Shown piece after piece: positions 1-9,575 of a stretch of 64,000 bases of DNA. This DNA is from Acidimicrobiales bacterium (lineage in GTDB: Bacteria; Actinomycetota; Acidimicrobiia; Acidimicrobiales; BPGG01): assembly GCA_026002915.1 (NCBI GenBank), contig BPGG01000001.1, forward strand, positions 405,468 through 469,467, in the 5' to 3' direction. Positions within the stretch are counted from its first letter, which is position 1. Each line of letters opens with the position of its first letter. The notes below the pieces were generated by a model. That model did no database searches. It was not told the origin of the DNA and saw only the letters and a program-made list of their open reading frames with translations. The position numbers and the translations under genes were made by a program.

Positions 1-397
1 GGTCGGCGACCCGGTCCAACAACACGAGTGGACCGGCACCCTGCGGATCACCGAGAAGCGTCGTCGGATCGAAGGGCTGGAGCCGCACGACTGCCGCCGC
101 GGGACGTGGTGTCTTGGACGTGAGAACCGTCTCGAGAACGCCCGAGCGAACGATCCTCACGGGAACACCACCCCGCTCGGCGGATTCGAGCAGTTCGTTC
201 ATGATCTCGGGGGGAAGGGTCTCACCGACGAGGACCTCTACCACGGGCGCACGTCTCCCCAAGATCTCGCGGACCGGATTCGGACCCTCGACCACGAAGA
301 GCCTGCTGGATCGACGATGAGAAGCGTCGCGCGCGAGCTTCCTGAGCCTCCGAACCGGCCCGCTTCTCGGGCCGAGCGGCCCACCGAAACCAGTCGG
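1..397 (-). CDS. TrmH/SpoU-family RNA 2'-O-methyltransferase, N-terminal part (runs off the left edge; start codon unresolved)
   Basis: Hand translation of the minus strand gives ...SGPVRRLRKLARDASHRRSSRLFVVEGPNPVREILGRRAPVVEVLVGETLPPEIMNELLESAERGGVPVRIVRSGVLETV...PLVLLDRVAD. This matches the SpoU substrate-binding N-domain. The gene sits directly downstream of rplT, as is common in Actinomycetota. It is absent from the ORF track because it is truncated by the window edge. Confidence 0.7.
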
Positions 398-399
398 AG

Positions 400-765
400 C
401 TACGTCTCCGGCTCGGACGCCCGTCGAGCCACCTCCACGAGTCTCCTGAACGTGTCCGGCTCCCTCACGGCGAGATCCGACAGGATCTTCCGGTCGACGG
501 CGACTCCGGCCTTCTTCAGACCATGCACGAAGCGGCTGTAACTGGTCCCGTACATCCTGCATGCAGCGTTGATCCGCTGGATCCACAATCTCCGGAAGTC
601 ACCCTTACGAGCCCTCCGGTCTCTCCTCGCGTACTCCAACGAATGCAAGAGTTGCTCGTTGGCCGCACGCCAAGAGCGGCTCTTGTTGCCGTAGTACCCC
701 TTCGCCAGTGCCAGGCGACGGCGTCTCCGGGCCCTGCTGGGGACCGACCTCTTTACCCTCGCCAT
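400..765 (-). CDS. rplT: 50S ribosomal protein L20
   Basis: The 121-aa ORF reads [38 protein letters not shown]...; ATG at 765 is preceded by GGAGAGGAGGA. Confidence 0.97.
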   Translation of the reverse strand: MARVKRSVPSRARRRRRLALAKGYYGNKSRSWRAANEQLLHSLEYARRDRRARKGDFRRLWIQRINAACRMYGTSYSRFVHGLKKAGVAVDRKILSDLAVREPDTFRRLVEVARRASEPET

Positions 766-822
766 CTGGTCCTCCTCTCCGTTCTGCCGACAGTCCCGCG
801 CTCGCCCGCCGGTCGCGGTACC

Positions 823-1017
823 TCAGCGGGTCAGCATCCGTCGGACGCGTCTCGTGTCACCGTCGGCGACCGCAGCCATACGGGCGAGCCGCCGCTTCCG
901 AGTCGAGGGCTTCTTGCCCAGGATGTGGTTCCTGTTCGCCCGACGTCGCACGAGCTTCCCGCTTCCCGTCAGGCGGAAGCGCTTTGCGGCGCCGGAATGT
1001 GTCTTCATCTTCGGCAT
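823..1017 (-). CDS. rpmI: 50S ribosomal protein L35
   Basis: The 64-aa ORF reads [33 protein letters not shown]...; it lies between infC and rplT. Confidence 0.97.
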   Translation of the reverse strand: MPKMKTHSGAAKRFRLTGSGKLVRRRANRNHILGKKPSTRKRRLARMAAVADGDTRRVRRMLTR

Positions 1018-1038
1018 CGATCCTCCTGTGCCCGTGTC

Positions 1039-1692
1039 TCAGGTCTGCTCGGCGGCTGTATCTGCACCCGCGCCTGCATGAGCGGGAGATTCGGACTCGG
1101 CGCGCGAACCGTCCGACGAGACGGCTCTCGGGATGCCGCTCCCGTCGGCGGACGCCTTCCGTCGCTTGCGCTTGTCGGGAGCCAACACCATCGTGATGTT
1201 GTTCCGCGTCTCGAGGCGGGGGTATGCCTCCACCTTGGCAATGTCCTCCACGGCCCGCTCCACCTCTTCGAGGATCTGCTCGCCGAGCTCCCGGTGTGTT
1301 ATCTCTCGACCTCTGAACATCACGGTCACCTTCACCTTGTGACCGGCCTCGAGGAACTCTCGCACCTTGCGCGTCTTGGTCTCGAAATCACCCCGCCCGA
1401 TCTTGGGTCGGTACTTGATCTCCTTGACCGTGACGTGCGTCGCCTTCTTGCGCGATTCCCTGGCCCGCTGCGACTCCTCGTACTTGTACTTCCCGTAGTC
1501 CATGATGCGGCACACGGGCGGGTCGGCCTGCGGGGCCACTTCGACGAGGTCGAGATCCAGATCCCGCGCTCGCGCGAGAGCCTCTTCAACCGTCATGATC
1601 CCGATCTGGTTTCCGTCCGGATCCACGACCCGCACCCGCGCGGCGCGTATCTGGTCGTTTATTCGCGGGCCAGAGTCCTCTATGCCGGCTAT
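1039..1692 (-). CDS. infC: translation initiation factor IF-3 (probable non-canonical ATA start)
   Basis: The ORF contains RINDQIRAARVRVVDPDGNQIGIM...LDLVEVAPQADPPVCRIMDYGKYKYE...VKVTVMFRGREITH. Homology begins about 5 aa before RIND. The only codons there are ATA at 1692 and ATA at 1683, with AGGGAG 9 nt upstream of the first. The nearest canonical start is GTG at 1758. Confidence 0.88.
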   Translation of the reverse strand: MAGIEDSGPRINDQIRAARVRVVDPDGNQIGIMTVEEALARARDLDLDLVEVAPQADPPVCRIMDYGKYKYEESQRARESRKKATHVTVKEIKYRPKIGRGDFETKTRKVREFLEAGHKVKVTVMFRGREITHRELGEQILEEVERAVEDIAKVEAYPRLETRNNITMVLAPDKRKRRKASADGSGIPRAVSSDGSRAESESPAHAGAGADTAAEQT

Positions 1693-2045
1693 CGTCGTGT
1701 ACTCCCTGTCAAACTCGTACCTCCTCTCGAACGCGCACCAGAGGTAGGCAGGGGGCACACCACCTTCTGAGCCGAGTCGGACCGTGAGCTTTCCCCACGG
1801 CTCCTGACTCAGACCCGGACGCACCTCGACGGTTCAGAGGGGCGGTGGCCGGGTGGGGGCGGCACCCCGCTTCGCCTTTGGTTCGTGCCGCTAGGGTAGC
1901 AAGTCGAGCCGCCGGCACATGCACCATCGGCCGATGTGGTCGGTGGACGCCCGAACATTCCTACACACACGCTCGCCCCAGACGGCACCGGCGGCTCGCA
2001 GGCGGAACGTGAGCACAGGCCTCGAGGAGTCCCGCAGGAGGTGAG

Positions 2046-2519
2046 ATGACCATTTGGACACCGGACGGAGAGCATCGGGTCGTAGGCGACGCCCACTCCC
2101 CCGGACAGGGCGGTACCGGCGCGACCACGGCCGGCGGTGTGCCCCCTTCCGCCGCAGAAGCAGCAGGGGTGTCCGACCTCGGTGACGAGGAGCGCGAGCG
2201 CGCCGAGGCACTGGTGAAGGAGATGGCCGAGATCCAGAGGCGACTGGTGGAGGCACCCGCCGAGGACGTCGTCGCCAACCACGCCATCGGACTGTTCGAG
2301 CTAGCCGCCCTCCACCTCAAACAGGAGAGACCCGATCTGCCGGCGGCGCGGCTGGCCATCGACGCCATGGCCGCCATAGTCGAGGCCCTCGCAGACCGCC
2401 TCGGACGGCACAAGACCACCTTGGAGCAGGCACTAGCGCAGATCCGACTGACGTATGTGCGGGTCTCCGACGCGAAGACGGGCGTACCGAACCAGAACGA
2501 AGGGCAAGGCGACAGCTGA
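2046..2519 (+). CDS. DUF1844 domain-containing protein
   Basis: The 157-aa ORF has the motif VVANHAIGLFELAALHL. It is divergent from infC, as in other actinobacteria. GGAGG lies upstream of the ATG. Confidence 0.75.
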   Translation: MTIWTPDGEHRVVGDAHSPGQGGTGATTAGGVPPSAAEAAGVSDLGDEERERAEALVKEMAEIQRRLVEAPAEDVVANHAIGLFELAALHLKQERPDLPAARLAIDAMAAIVEALADRLGRHKTTLEQALAQIRLTYVRVSDAKTGVPNQNEGQGDS

Positions 2520-2620
2520 CACCCCTGGTCGAGACTCCGCCGATGCCCGACCGGCCGAGGCCGGCCGTTGACCAGGACCGTCGGCCCGCCGGCGAGGCTG
2601 CGCCCGCTCGCGCTCTGCAT

Positions 2621-2863
2621 TTAGTCGGGCGCTTGATTTTCGGAGGCTTTCTCCACAAGGCCCGCCTCCCATCGCCCGAGGTGTCCAGGGCGCACGACGA
2701 ACGCCACCGCCGCCCCCTCGTCGACCCTCCGAGACCCGTCCGTGATTGCAGTGCAGTGGAATGGGAACGACTCACCAGTCTCGTCGTCGCGCACCAACCC
2801 GAGGCCGCGATGTTCGTCGAACGAGACGACCGTCCCCCTTCTGCGGCGATGCATAGACGTCAC
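2621..2863 (-). CDS. cold-shock-domain-like small protein
   Basis: The 80-aa ORF reads GTVVSFDEHRGLGLVRDDETGESFPFHCTAITDGSRRVDEGAAVAFVV, which aligns to the CspA pattern (G.V.WF...KGFGFI.....VFVHFSAI) with Leu replacing the aromatics. GTG 2863 overlaps the hisG stop as GTGA. Confidence 0.65.
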   Translation of the reverse strand: MTSMHRRRRGTVVSFDEHRGLGLVRDDETGESFPFHCTAITDGSRRVDEGAAVAFVVRPGHLGRWEAGLVEKASENQAPD

Positions 2864-3735
2864 GGAACGATCTTGGAGATGGGGAGCTCGAGAATGTCGG
2901 TCGCGCCGGCTTCTTCCAACGCAGGGATGAGGACGTTGACGTCCTTCTTGTCGACCACCGTCTCCACGGCGAACCCACCTCCTCCGTACAGCTCGTTGAC
3001 GGTGGGAGCCTTCATAGAAGGGAGCAGCCGGATGACGTCCTCCAGCTTCTCAGAGGGGACGTTCATCTTCACGAGGACCCGCCCGCGTGCGTCCAACACT
3101 CCCATCAGGAGGGTGCGTATCTGATACATCGCTTTCCTCTTCTCGGGATCTTCGTGCGAGGAAGGACAGGCGATCAGCTCGGTGTACGACACCATCACCG
3201 TGTCCAGGATCCGCAGTCCCGCGGCCCGGAGAGCCGATCCCGTCTCGGTGAGGTCCAGCACGCAGTCGACGATGTCCGGCACCTTCGCCTCTGTCGCCCC
3301 ATAGGAGAGGCGGATCTCGGCATCTATTCCGCGCTCCGCGAAGTACCTCCGGGCGATGTTCGGATATTCCGTCGAAACCCTCACCCCTTGCGGGAGGTCA
3401 CTCACGTCCTCGACGGGGGAATCGCCTGCCACTGCCAGCACGAGGCGCACAGGAAGGTCCGTCGCCTTGGAGTACCGCAGTTCACCCAAGGAGACGACCT
3501 GTGAGCCTGTCTCCTCGACCCAATCCCGCCCCGTTATTCCCAGGTCGAACAGACCATCTGCCACGTAGACCGGTATCTCCTGCGGCCGCAGGATACGAAC
3601 CTCGGAGATGCGGGGATCGTCGACCGAGGCCTTGTAGGAGACGTCCGAGGAGCGCTTCACACGCAGGTCGGCGGCTTCGAACAGCTCGAGTGTCGCCCTC
3701 TCCAGCGATCCTTTGGGTAGCACGATGCGCAGCAC
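2860..3735 (-). CDS. hisG: ATP phosphoribosyltransferase, long form
   Basis: Sequence LRIVLPKGSLERATLELFEAADL...GITGRDWV... is present, with a C-terminal regulatory domain. The GTG at 3735 gives the typical MLRIVLPKG N-terminus. The ORF track extends to GTG 3783. Confidence 0.9.
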   Translation of the reverse strand: MLRIVLPKGSLERATLELFEAADLRVKRSSDVSYKASVDDPRISEVRILRPQEIPVYVADGLFDLGITGRDWVEETGSQVVSLGELRYSKATDLPVRLVLAVAGDSPVEDVSDLPQGVRVSTEYPNIARRYFAERGIDAEIRLSYGATEAKVPDIVDCVLDLTETGSALRAAGLRILDTVMVSYTELIACPSSHEDPEKRKAMYQIRTLLMGVLDARGRVLVKMNVPSEKLEDVIRLLPSMKAPTVNELYGGGGFAVETVVDKKDVNVLIPALEEAGATDILELPISKIVP

Positions 3736-3832
3736 GTGGCGAACGCTACCGCGCCTGCGGGTCTCCGCCCCACGGGGCGGCACGCGCCCCTACATACTCG
3801 ACGGATGAGTCGGCTCGACGCGTGAGTCGGCG

Positions 3833-5389
3833 TCAGATCTTGGAGGACCTGCCTTCCCAGTAGCGATCCCGTAGTCGACGCTTCAGCAGCTTGCCTGTCG
3901 GAGTGCGCGGGAGTTCATCCACGAAGTCCACAGTCCGAGGGACCTTGTATCCGGCGAGCTTCCCGCGACAGTGACGCTTCAGCTCCTCCGCCAGATCTGC
4001 CCCGGGTTCCCAACCGTCCTCGAGGCAAACGACGGCCTTCACCTGTTCTCCGAACTCGTCGTCGGGCACCCCGATCACCGCGACGTCGGCCACGGCAGGG
4101 TGAGTCACGAGCACCGCTTCTATCTCTGCCGGGTAGATGTTCACTCCGCCGGAGATGATCATGTCGATCTTCCGATCGACCAGGTACAGGTACCCGTCTT
4201 CGTCCACATACCCGACGTCGCCGAACGTGAACACTCCCGGCTCGAGGTGGGCAGCCGCAGTCTTCTCGGGGTCACCCAGGTACTCGAAGTCGGCGCCCAG
4301 CAGGTTCTTGAGGTAGATCTGCCCCACCTCGTTCGGACCCAGCCGCCTGCCGTCGTCCCCCACGATGATCACCTCCGTCGTCGGCAGCGGCCTCCCCACC
4401 GAACCCGGGCGTTCAAGCCATTCCTCTGCGGTGATCGCACACCCTGCACCGCCGGACTCGCTCGCCGCGTACAACTCGCGGATCACCGGCCCGAACCATT
4501 CGATCATCGCACGCTTTATGTCCGGCGGACATGGGGCAGCCGTGTGGTACAGCACCCTGAGGCTGGACCCGTCGAATCCCTCCCGCACCTCCTGGGGAAG
4601 GCGGAGGAGCCGCACGAAGTGGGTGGGGACCGCGTAGACGGTCGTTAGCTGATGGTCGTCTATCAGCCTGAGCGTCTCCGCCGCATCCCACGATCGCCGC
4701 ATGACGAGGGTGGAGCCGAGTACCGCCGGCATCACACAGAACACGAGTGGTCCGGCGTGATAGGCGGGAGCGTTCAGAAGGACCCTGCCATCCTCGGGGA
4801 TCCCGAGCATGCCCAGGAACAGCCCGATGGACCCCAAGGCCTGCGCGGGATCCGAACCTAGCCGGACCATGCTCGACCGGACACCCTTGGGACGTCCGGT
4901 GGTGCCGGACGTGTAGAACATGATCGTCCCTGCACCCTGCGCGTCCGGTTCGGACGTGTCTTGCTCGCCTACGACCTCCTCGTAGTCCTCCCAACCGTCG
5001 GGCACGCGCCCTCCGAAGACGACCCGGCACTCGACTCCTGCGGCCTCGGCGGCCCGGTCGACCTTCTGCACGTACTCCACGTCGGCCACTACCGCCTTCG
5101 CGCCGGAGTTGTTCAATACGTAAGCGATCTCCTCGTCGGTGAAGTGCCAGTTCACCGGTACGAGCACCAGCGACGAAGCCAGAGCCGCCCCCATCGTCTC
5201 GATCCACTCGTGGCGGTTGCCGCCGACGAGCGCCACGACGTCTCCCTCTTGCAAGCCGCGTTCTCTCAGAGCGTGGACGAGTCCGTTCGTCCTGGCGTTC
5301 AAGTCGGCCCAAGTGAGGCTGCAAAACTCGTCGACTATCGCGAGATCGGACGGCTTTCGTCCGACGATCTCGAGGAGGGACGCCACCAT
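3833..5389 (-). CDS. AMP-dependent acyl-CoA synthetase/ligase (FadD-like)
   Basis: The 518-aa ORF carries the AMP-binding motif MFYTSGTTGRPKGV and C-terminal PRTPTGKLLKR. Confidence 0.85.
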   Translation of the reverse strand: MVASLLEIVGRKPSDLAIVDEFCSLTWADLNARTNGLVHALRERGLQEGDVVALVGGNRHEWIETMGAALASSLVLVPVNWHFTDEEIAYVLNNSGAKAVVADVEYVQKVDRAAEAAGVECRVVFGGRVPDGWEDYEEVVGEQDTSEPDAQGAGTIMFYTSGTTGRPKGVRSSMVRLGSDPAQALGSIGLFLGMLGIPEDGRVLLNAPAYHAGPLVFCVMPAVLGSTLVMRRSWDAAETLRLIDDHQLTTVYAVPTHFVRLLRLPQEVREGFDGSSLRVLYHTAAPCPPDIKRAMIEWFGPVIRELYAASESGGAGCAITAEEWLERPGSVGRPLPTTEVIIVGDDGRRLGPNEVGQIYLKNLLGADFEYLGDPEKTAAAHLEPGVFTFGDVGYVDEDGYLYLVDRKIDMIISGGVNIYPAEIEAVLVTHPAVADVAVIGVPDDEFGEQVKAVVCLEDGWEPGADLAEELKRHCRGKLAGYKVPRTVDFVDELPRTPTGKLLKRRLRDRYWEGRSSKI

Positions 5390-5410
5390 GGCCTGGACCT
5401 CCAGTGCTTC

Positions 5411-5941
5411 CTAGCCGGCCGCTTCTTTCGAGTCGGACCCCCCGGGCCAGGCGCCCGCTTCTACGCGAGCGACCAGATACGCCATCTCCACGGCAGCAGC
5501 AGCCGCCTCGCCTCCCTTGTCCTCTAGCTCCGGGTCTGCGCGTACCAGCGCCTGTTCCAAGTCGTCTGTGGTGAGTACCCCGAAGACGACGGGGACTCCC
5601 GTGGACAGCTGCGCTTCCTGGATCCCCCGAGTGGCTTCTGCAGCCACGAAGTCGAAATGGGGTGTCTCTCCCCTGATGACCGCGCCAAGGGCGACCACGG
5701 CGTCCACCTTCCCGGTGGACGCGATCTTCTTGCATGCCAGAGGCAGTTCGAAAGCCCCCGGCACCCACTCGACGAAGACCCGACCCTCTTCGGCCCCCAT
5801 CGCACGAAGGCGACGGACGGCCCCTTCCAGGAGCTTTCGAGTCACGAGATCGTTGAACCTCGAGCACACCACCGCAATCCGCAGACCCGAAGCCGACAAG
5901 TCGGGACCGACGCGTTCGGGCGAGCGCGCGTCCCTGGCCAT
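5411..5941 (-). CDS. ribH: 6,7-dimethyl-8-ribityllumazine synthase
   Basis: Sequence RIAVVCSRFNDLVTRKLLEGA...VPGAFELPLA...ALGAVIRGETPHFDFV. Confidence 0.95.
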   Translation of the reverse strand: MARDARSPERVGPDLSASGLRIAVVCSRFNDLVTRKLLEGAVRRLRAMGAEEGRVFVEWVPGAFELPLACKKIASTGKVDAVVALGAVIRGETPHFDFVAAEATRGIQEAQLSTGVPVVFGVLTTDDLEQALVRADPELEDKGGEAAAAAVEMAYLVARVEAGAWPGGSDSKEAAG

Positions 5942-6063
5942 GGCCTCAGCCTAGCCCTCCGGGCTTTACGGCCCGGACGAAGCCCGTGGCGAGCAATCCG
6001 TGACGGTCCACGCAGCCACTTGGTCGGAGGTCATCGTGATCGCATGAGTCTTAGGGGGCCTGC

Positions 6064-7404
6064 TCACAGGACGTCGTCGAGACCCTCGAGGAGATGACCC
6101 ATCCGCTCACGCTTGGTCCTGAGGTAGCGAATGTTCTCGGGGTGGGGCACCGGCTGGAGCGGGACCCTTTCGGTGATCTCCAGACCGAAGCCCTCGAGAC
6201 CCCCATACTTCGCCGGATTGTTGGTCATCAGCCGGATCGTGGTGATGCCGAGATCCACGAGGATCTGGGCTCCGATCCCGTACTCGCGGCTGTCCACCGG
6301 CAGTCCCAGGTCGAGGTTCGCGTCCACCGTGTCCCGGCCGGCCTCCTGGAGGCTGTACGCCCGGATCTTGTGACCCAGTCCGATCCCGCGTCCTTCGTGA
6401 CCGCGGAGATAGACGACCACACCCATCCCCTCTTCGGCAATCCGCCTCATCGCCTCGTGCAGCTGGATGCCGCAGTCACATCGCAGTGAGCCGAACACGT
6501 CGCCCGTGAGGCACTCGCTGTGCACTCGCACCAGCACGTCCTGTTCACCTTGGACCGCACCCTTCACCAGGGCGACGTGCTGCTCACCGTCGAGCAGAGA
6601 CTCGTAGACGTAGCAGGTGAAGTCCCCCCAGTCGGTCGGGATCCTCGCCTCGGCGATTCGCCTGACGAGCTTCTCGGTCTGTCTCCGATATCTGATCAGG
6701 TCGGCGATGGTGATCATCAGCAGACCGTGTTCACGGCAGAACTCGACGAGGTCGGGCACCCGTGCCATCGATCCGTCCTCGTTGACTATCTCGCACAGCA
6801 CACCGGCCGGGTACAGGCCGGCCATCCGCGCCAGGTCCACGGCCGCCTCGGTGTGTCCTGCCCGTTTCAGCACTCCTCCCTCTGCACACCTGAGGGGGAA
6901 GATGTGGCCGGGTCTTGCCAGATCGGATGGCCTCGTCGCCGGGTCGACGAGGGCCCTGATCGTACGAGCCCTGTCGGCCGCCGAGATTCCGGTAGTCGTC
7001 CCATGGCGATAGTCGACGCTGTAGGTGAAGGCGGTCCTCTGCGACTCAGTGTTCTCGCGGACCATCAAGGGGATTTCCAGCTCGTCGAGCCGCTCGCCGG
7101 TGAGAGGGACGCAGATGACCCCGGAAGTGTGCCTCACATAAAAGGCGATCTTCTCCGGCGTGGCGAACTCTGCTGCCATGATGAGGTCGCCCTCGTTCTC
7201 GCGATCCTCGTCGTCTACGACGACGATCATCTCCCCTCTCGAGATCGCAGCCACGGCTTCTTCGATGCCGGCGAAGAACGAGGAGTACTCGTCCCGCGAG
7301 CGTCGCCTCGAGGCGGCCCTGCCTCTCCTCTTTCCGCTCTCGTCGGTGCTCTCGTTTCGTCGAGACATTTCCGTGACCCGTCTTTCCGATGGACGCTCGA
7401 CCAT
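6064..7404 (-). CDS. ribBA: bifunctional 3,4-dihydroxy-2-butanone-4-phosphate synthase / GTP cyclohydrolase II
   Basis: The DHBP synthase part is [19 protein letters not shown]...[14 protein letters not shown]. The GCH-II part is [21 protein letters not shown]...[12 protein letters not shown]. There is a basic N-terminal extension of about 45 aa. Confidence 0.95.
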   Translation of the reverse strand: MVERPSERRVTEMSRRNESTDESGKRRGRAASRRRSRDEYSSFFAGIEEAVAAISRGEMIVVVDDEDRENEGDLIMAAEFATPEKIAFYVRHTSGVICVPLTGERLDELEIPLMVRENTESQRTAFTYSVDYRHGTTTGISAADRARTIRALVDPATRPSDLARPGHIFPLRCAEGGVLKRAGHTEAAVDLARMAGLYPAGVLCEIVNEDGSMARVPDLVEFCREHGLLMITIADLIRYRRQTEKLVRRIAEARIPTDWGDFTCYVYESLLDGEQHVALVKGAVQGEQDVLVRVHSECLTGDVFGSLRCDCGIQLHEAMRRIAEEGMGVVVYLRGHEGRGIGLGHKIRAYSLQEAGRDTVDANLDLGLPVDSREYGIGAQILVDLGITTIRLMTNNPAKYGGLEGFGLEITERVPLQPVPHPENIRYLRTKRERMGHLLEGLDDVL

Positions 7405-7405
7405 C

Positions 7406-7987
7406 TCACCTTCTCCCGAGAAGGCTCTCCACGTACTTGGCCAGCAGGTCGACCTCTACGTTCACCCGATCGCCGACTCTCAGCCGACCCAACGTCGTCA
7501 CGGTAGCGGTGTGAGGTATCACAGCCACCCGCACGGATTCTCCTTCGGATGCCGCGACCGTCAGGCTCACCCCGTCTATCGCGATCGAACCCTTCGGCAC
7601 GACGTACCTCACGAGTTCAGACGGAATCCGCACTTCGAGCTCGGGCGCGGGAGCGCACACGACCCCCACACCGTCCACATGACCCTGGACGAAGTGGCCT
7701 CCGATACGACCATCCGCCCTCAGCGCCCGCTCGAGATTCACCGCCGAGCCTTCGACGAGATCACCCAGCTTCGTGCGGCGGAGCGTCTCGGGAGAGAGGT
7801 CCGCCTCCCACACACCGTTCCTCTCCCCGCGGGAGCGCTCGATCGACACCACCGTCAGACAACAGCCGTCCACCGCGATCGAATCCCCCACCTCCGTACC
7901 GTCCAGGACCACTTCACATTGGATGGCGATACGGCCGGCCCGGTGCCTCACCACGGTACCGACTTCCTCGACGATTCCGGTGAACAC
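7406..7987 (-). CDS. ribE: riboflavin synthase alpha chain
   Basis: N-terminus [12 protein letters not shown]..., with a duplicated lumazine-binding repeat ([13 protein letters not shown] / [12 protein letters not shown]). Confidence 0.95.
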   Translation of the reverse strand: MFTGIVEEVGTVVRHRAGRIAIQCEVVLDGTEVGDSIAVDGCCLTVVSIERSRGERNGVWEADLSPETLRRTKLGDLVEGSAVNLERALRADGRIGGHFVQGHVDGVGVVCAPAPELEVRIPSELVRYVVPKGSIAIDGVSLTVAASEGESVRVAVIPHTATVTTLGRLRVGDRVNVEVDLLAKYVESLLGRR

Positions 7988-8008
7988 AGACGCTCGCCCC
8001 TCTCGCGC

Positions 8009-9028
8009 TCAGACCCCATGCTCCGGTACGAGGTCGACGCGCAAGTCTGGCCCGAGACGCCGCACCTGCACGAACCGCCCCCTCCAGAGCGCGCTCATCT
8101 TCACGGCCTCACCGCCACCGAAGGCGGACGTCGCCCCCTCTCCGCCGAAGAGCGCGGGCGCCAAGTACAGCACGTACCTGTCCACCAACCCTCGCCGGTG
8201 GAACTCTCCTGCGACCCGGGACCCTCCCTCTACCAGCAGCTGCAGCACCCCCGACGCCCCGAGCCGGTCGAGGAGCTCCTCGAGGTCGCCGACGTGCTCT
8301 ATGGCAGGCATGACTCGCGCCGACGGAGGAACCCGTCCCAGCACCACCCTCATCGGATCCCGTGCACCGGGGAGGTCTACGTGCCTCACTGTCAGTCGCG
8401 GGTCGTCCCGTCGGACGGTGCCCGCGCCGACGAGCACGGCGTCGCTCTCTGCTCGCAGGCGGTGAGCGTCCGCCCGGGCCGCCTCCGAGGTGATCCAGCG
8501 GCTCTCTCCCGACGCGTCGGCGATGTATCCGTCCAACGTGAGAGCGAGCTTGAGGACCACGTATGGTCGCCCGGTCCGCCGATGGTGTAGGTAGGGAGCG
8601 AGCTGCTCGGACACCTCGGACTCTGCGACACCCACGTCCACCTCCACCCCTGCCTCGCGCAACGCCGCAATACCACGACCGTTCACCCTCGGATCAGGGT
8701 CCCTGACCCCGACGACGACCCGCGCGACCCCCGCCTCGATGATCGCGTCCACACACGGCGGCGTCTTCCCGGTATGGGCACACGGCTCCAGCGTGACGAA
8801 AAGAGTTGCCCCTCTGGCCGCCTCGCCGGCAGCCGAAAGTGCCACCACCTCTGCGTGGCGTCCCTCCCGTCCCTCCGTGGCGCCCACGAATGCGCCCGGG
8901 TACACCACAGCACCCACCCACGGCCGCGGGCTGGTCGCGTGCCGCACGCCTGCTGCGGCCTCCAAGGCGATCCGCATCGCCTCCGTGTCGCTCGGCCGGT
9001 CCGCAGCTCGAGTGGAAGCAGCACTCAT
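8009..9028 (-). CDS. ribD: bifunctional diaminohydroxyphosphoribosylaminopyrimidine deaminase / 5-amino-6-(5-phosphoribosylamino)uracil reductase
   Basis: Deaminase motifs HAEVVAL and PCAHTGKTPPC, followed by the reductase domain. ATG 9028 overlaps the mog stop (ATGA). Confidence 0.93.
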   Translation of the reverse strand: MSAASTRAADRPSDTEAMRIALEAAAGVRHATSPRPWVGAVVYPGAFVGATEGREGRHAEVVALSAAGEAARGATLFVTLEPCAHTGKTPPCVDAIIEAGVARVVVGVRDPDPRVNGRGIAALREAGVEVDVGVAESEVSEQLAPYLHHRRTGRPYVVLKLALTLDGYIADASGESRWITSEAARADAHRLRAESDAVLVGAGTVRRDDPRLTVRHVDLPGARDPMRVVLGRVPPSARVMPAIEHVGDLEELLDRLGASGVLQLLVEGGSRVAGEFHRRGLVDRYVLYLAPALFGGEGATSAFGGGEAVKMSALWRGRFVQVRRLGPDLRVDLVPEHGV

Positions 9029-9516
9029 CCTGGATGCCGGGTCGGATCACCAGAAAGAAGGCGCAAGGCGTGTGGCAGCACGTCCAGAACCGCCTCCAGT
9101 GCTTCGACGGCGCCCTCCGGCGAGCCGGGTGTGTTGAGTATGAGGGCCCGTCCGCGCACACCCGCCATACCTCTGGACAGACGACCCTTCGGAGAAGCGG
9201 CCCGCATCGCCTCCGCCAATCCGGGAGCCTCTCGGTCGATGGCGCGCCGGGTTCCCTCCGGGGTGAAGTCCCGCGGACCGAATCCCGTCCCGCCGGTTGT
9301 CACCACCAGGCCGTGAAAGTTCTTGCACAATCCCATCAGCGCTTCCAGGACGGACGTCGAACCGTCCGGAACAGTTCGGCTCTCGACCACCTCGTAACCT
9401 TCCCGCCGCAGCCGGTCGGCCACCGCTGGTCCGGACAGATCCTCACGCTCACCGCGCGACACCGAGTCCGAGACGGTGAGAACCTTGGCTCGAAGCCCGC
9501 GCGCACTCTCCTTCAT
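9025..9516 (-). CDS. mog: MogA/MoaB-family molybdenum cofactor biosynthesis protein
   Basis: The C-terminal 163 codons of the 453-aa track ORF read MKESARGLRAKVLTVSDSVS...VVTTGGTGFGPRDFTPEGT...LNTPGSPEG. ATG at 9516. The upstream part of the track ORF is Arg/Gly-rich read-through inside rsmB. Confidence 0.85.
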   Translation of the reverse strand: MKESARGLRAKVLTVSDSVSRGEREDLSGPAVADRLRREGYEVVESRTVPDGSTSVLEALMGLCKNFHGLVVTTGGTGFGPRDFTPEGTRRAIDREAPGLAEAMRAASPKGRLSRGMAGVRGRALILNTPGSPEGAVEALEAVLDVLPHALRLLSGDPTRHPG

Positions 9517-9575
9517 GTGGCCAAGGCTACGTTCCTGGTCGCTCCGGTCAGGACCCGACGCGGAGGACTGGAGTC

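Noticed and set aside
560-562. The ATG inside rplT as the start of the trmH-like gene.
   Set aside because: It would require a 160-nt out-of-frame overlap with rplT and would add about 54 junk-like Arg/Gly-rich residues.
5942-6063. A 22-codon sORF (MTSDQVAAWTVTDCSPRASSGP) in the ribBA-ribH spacer.
   Set aside because: It has no SD and no reason to expect conservation. The hairpin in the spacer is noted in the rib finding instead.
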